Source of the DNA: a virus | Length of the DNA: 64,000 nucleotides | UHGV virus genome: UHGV-0214148 | Direction: 5' to 3' (one strand) | In this document: positions 63,484 to 64,000 of the stretch, piece after piece | How the letters are laid out: every line of letters begins with the position of its first letter | Numbering within the stretch: position 1 is the stretch's first letter | Notes under the pieces: model-generated | Database searches by the model: none | What the model was told of the DNA's origin: nothing | The model's input: the letters and a program-made list of their open reading frames with translations, nothing else | Made by a program: the position numbers and the translations under genes

Positions 63484-63508
63484 CACTTAAGTAATATATA
63501 TCTGAAAT
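63484..63508. promoter_or_regulatory. AT-rich promoter-like motif CACTTAAGTAATATATATCTGAAAT
   Basis: 24/25 identical to the 59101 copy; directly after hairpin 63454..63480 and about 25 bp upstream of the plus-strand start at 63534. Confidence 0.4.
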
Positions 63509-63533
63509 CAATTCCGATCTAAGGAACGTCCCG

Positions 63534-64000
63534 ATGGAGAAATCCAGTGTTGATTTTTTCTCAATTGGTATCGTCGCGGAAGACAAACCCCGTGGTACAG
63601 ATCGGGTAAAAGTGATACCAATTGAAACCAACTTTGCTAACCCTACCGTGGTGCAATCTGTTTCTTCAGCAACTGAAAAGACGCATGAAACGTCTGGCGC
63701 AACAGATAACCTAACCATTAAGACGGGTAACACGATAACAGCAAAGTGGTGGAAGTTTAACTCCAACCGAATTAATTCCCCTGACGTTAAACGAGAAGAC
63801 TACGTTATCTTGTTACGTTTGGGGAAAACCGATATTTATTTTTGGATTGATCTGAACTTCGCTAACGTTAAGCGATTAGAAGATGCGGTTTATGCGTGGT
63901 CGGCTGACCCTGAAAACCAAATGGCGGATGACTTGTCCAATGCGTATGTGTTGAACGTTTCGACGATTGACAAACATATCACGCTAAGAACAAGTATGGT
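63534..64000 (+). CDS. hypothetical protein, partial (continues beyond window end)
   Basis: ATG at 63534 with AAGGA SD 8 nt upstream; open to window edge (155 codons, hand-translated). Preferred over the antisense track ORF 63479..63766. Confidence 0.5.
   Translation, partial: MEKSSVDFFSIGIVAEDKPRGTDRVKVIPIETNFANPTVVQSVSSATEKTHETSGATDNLTIKTGNTITAKWWKFNSNRINSPDVKREDYVILLRLGKTDIYFWIDLNFANVKRLEDAVYAWSADPENQMADDLSNAYVLNVSTIDKHITLRTSM

Noticed and set aside
63479-63766. 95-aa minus-strand ORF
   Set aside because: Overlaps the promoter-like motif and hairpin and is antisense to a plus-strand ORF that has a proper SD and runs open to the window edge; the plus-strand gene is preferred.
1-64000. CRISPR arrays, integrase, transposase or IS elements, rRNA
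   Set aside because: No regularly spaced direct repeats, no recombinase or transposase motifs and no rRNA-like sequence noticed. The window appears to be entirely lytic phage genome.

Overview
Dense, almost gap-free coding region, mostly on the minus strand, with short translationally coupled junctions, strong Shine-Dalgarno sites and many bidirectional stem-loop terminators. This is the organisation of a large virulent dsDNA phage genome, not a bacterial chromosome. Recognisable genes are a split multisubunit RNA polymerase (beta-like 1388 aa, beta-prime-like 539 aa with a DYDGD motif) lying divergent to a 2388-aa protein with a C-terminal lytic transglycosylase domain. From memory this matches the virion-RNAP/giant transglycosylase block of phiKZ-like jumbo phages; the close match of the thymidylate synthase to enterobacterial ThyA suggests an enterobacterial host. 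Other calls: thymidylate synthase with insertions, MazG-like pyrophosphohydrolase, HAD-type nucleotidase, RNase H fusion protein, DEDDh exonuclease, RecA/UvsX-like P-loop protein, Rad50/SbcC-like ATPase, macro-domain protein, GNAT acetyltransferase and a secreted lytic transglycosylase. The right-hand third (about 49.6 to 63.1 kb) looks like an accessory region: an island of macro domain, GNAT, three tiny membrane proteins and an orphan Rad50-like ATPase; five tandem small Cys-rich secreted proteins; and a tandem array of four paralogs sharing a C-terminal GW...QLLF motif. Five paralog families, a recurring AT-rich promoter-like motif and three terminators with identical stems were found. No rRNA, tRNA, CRISPR array, integrase or transposase was recognised. 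All functional calls rest on motifs read by eye and remembered family signatures; no database search was run.
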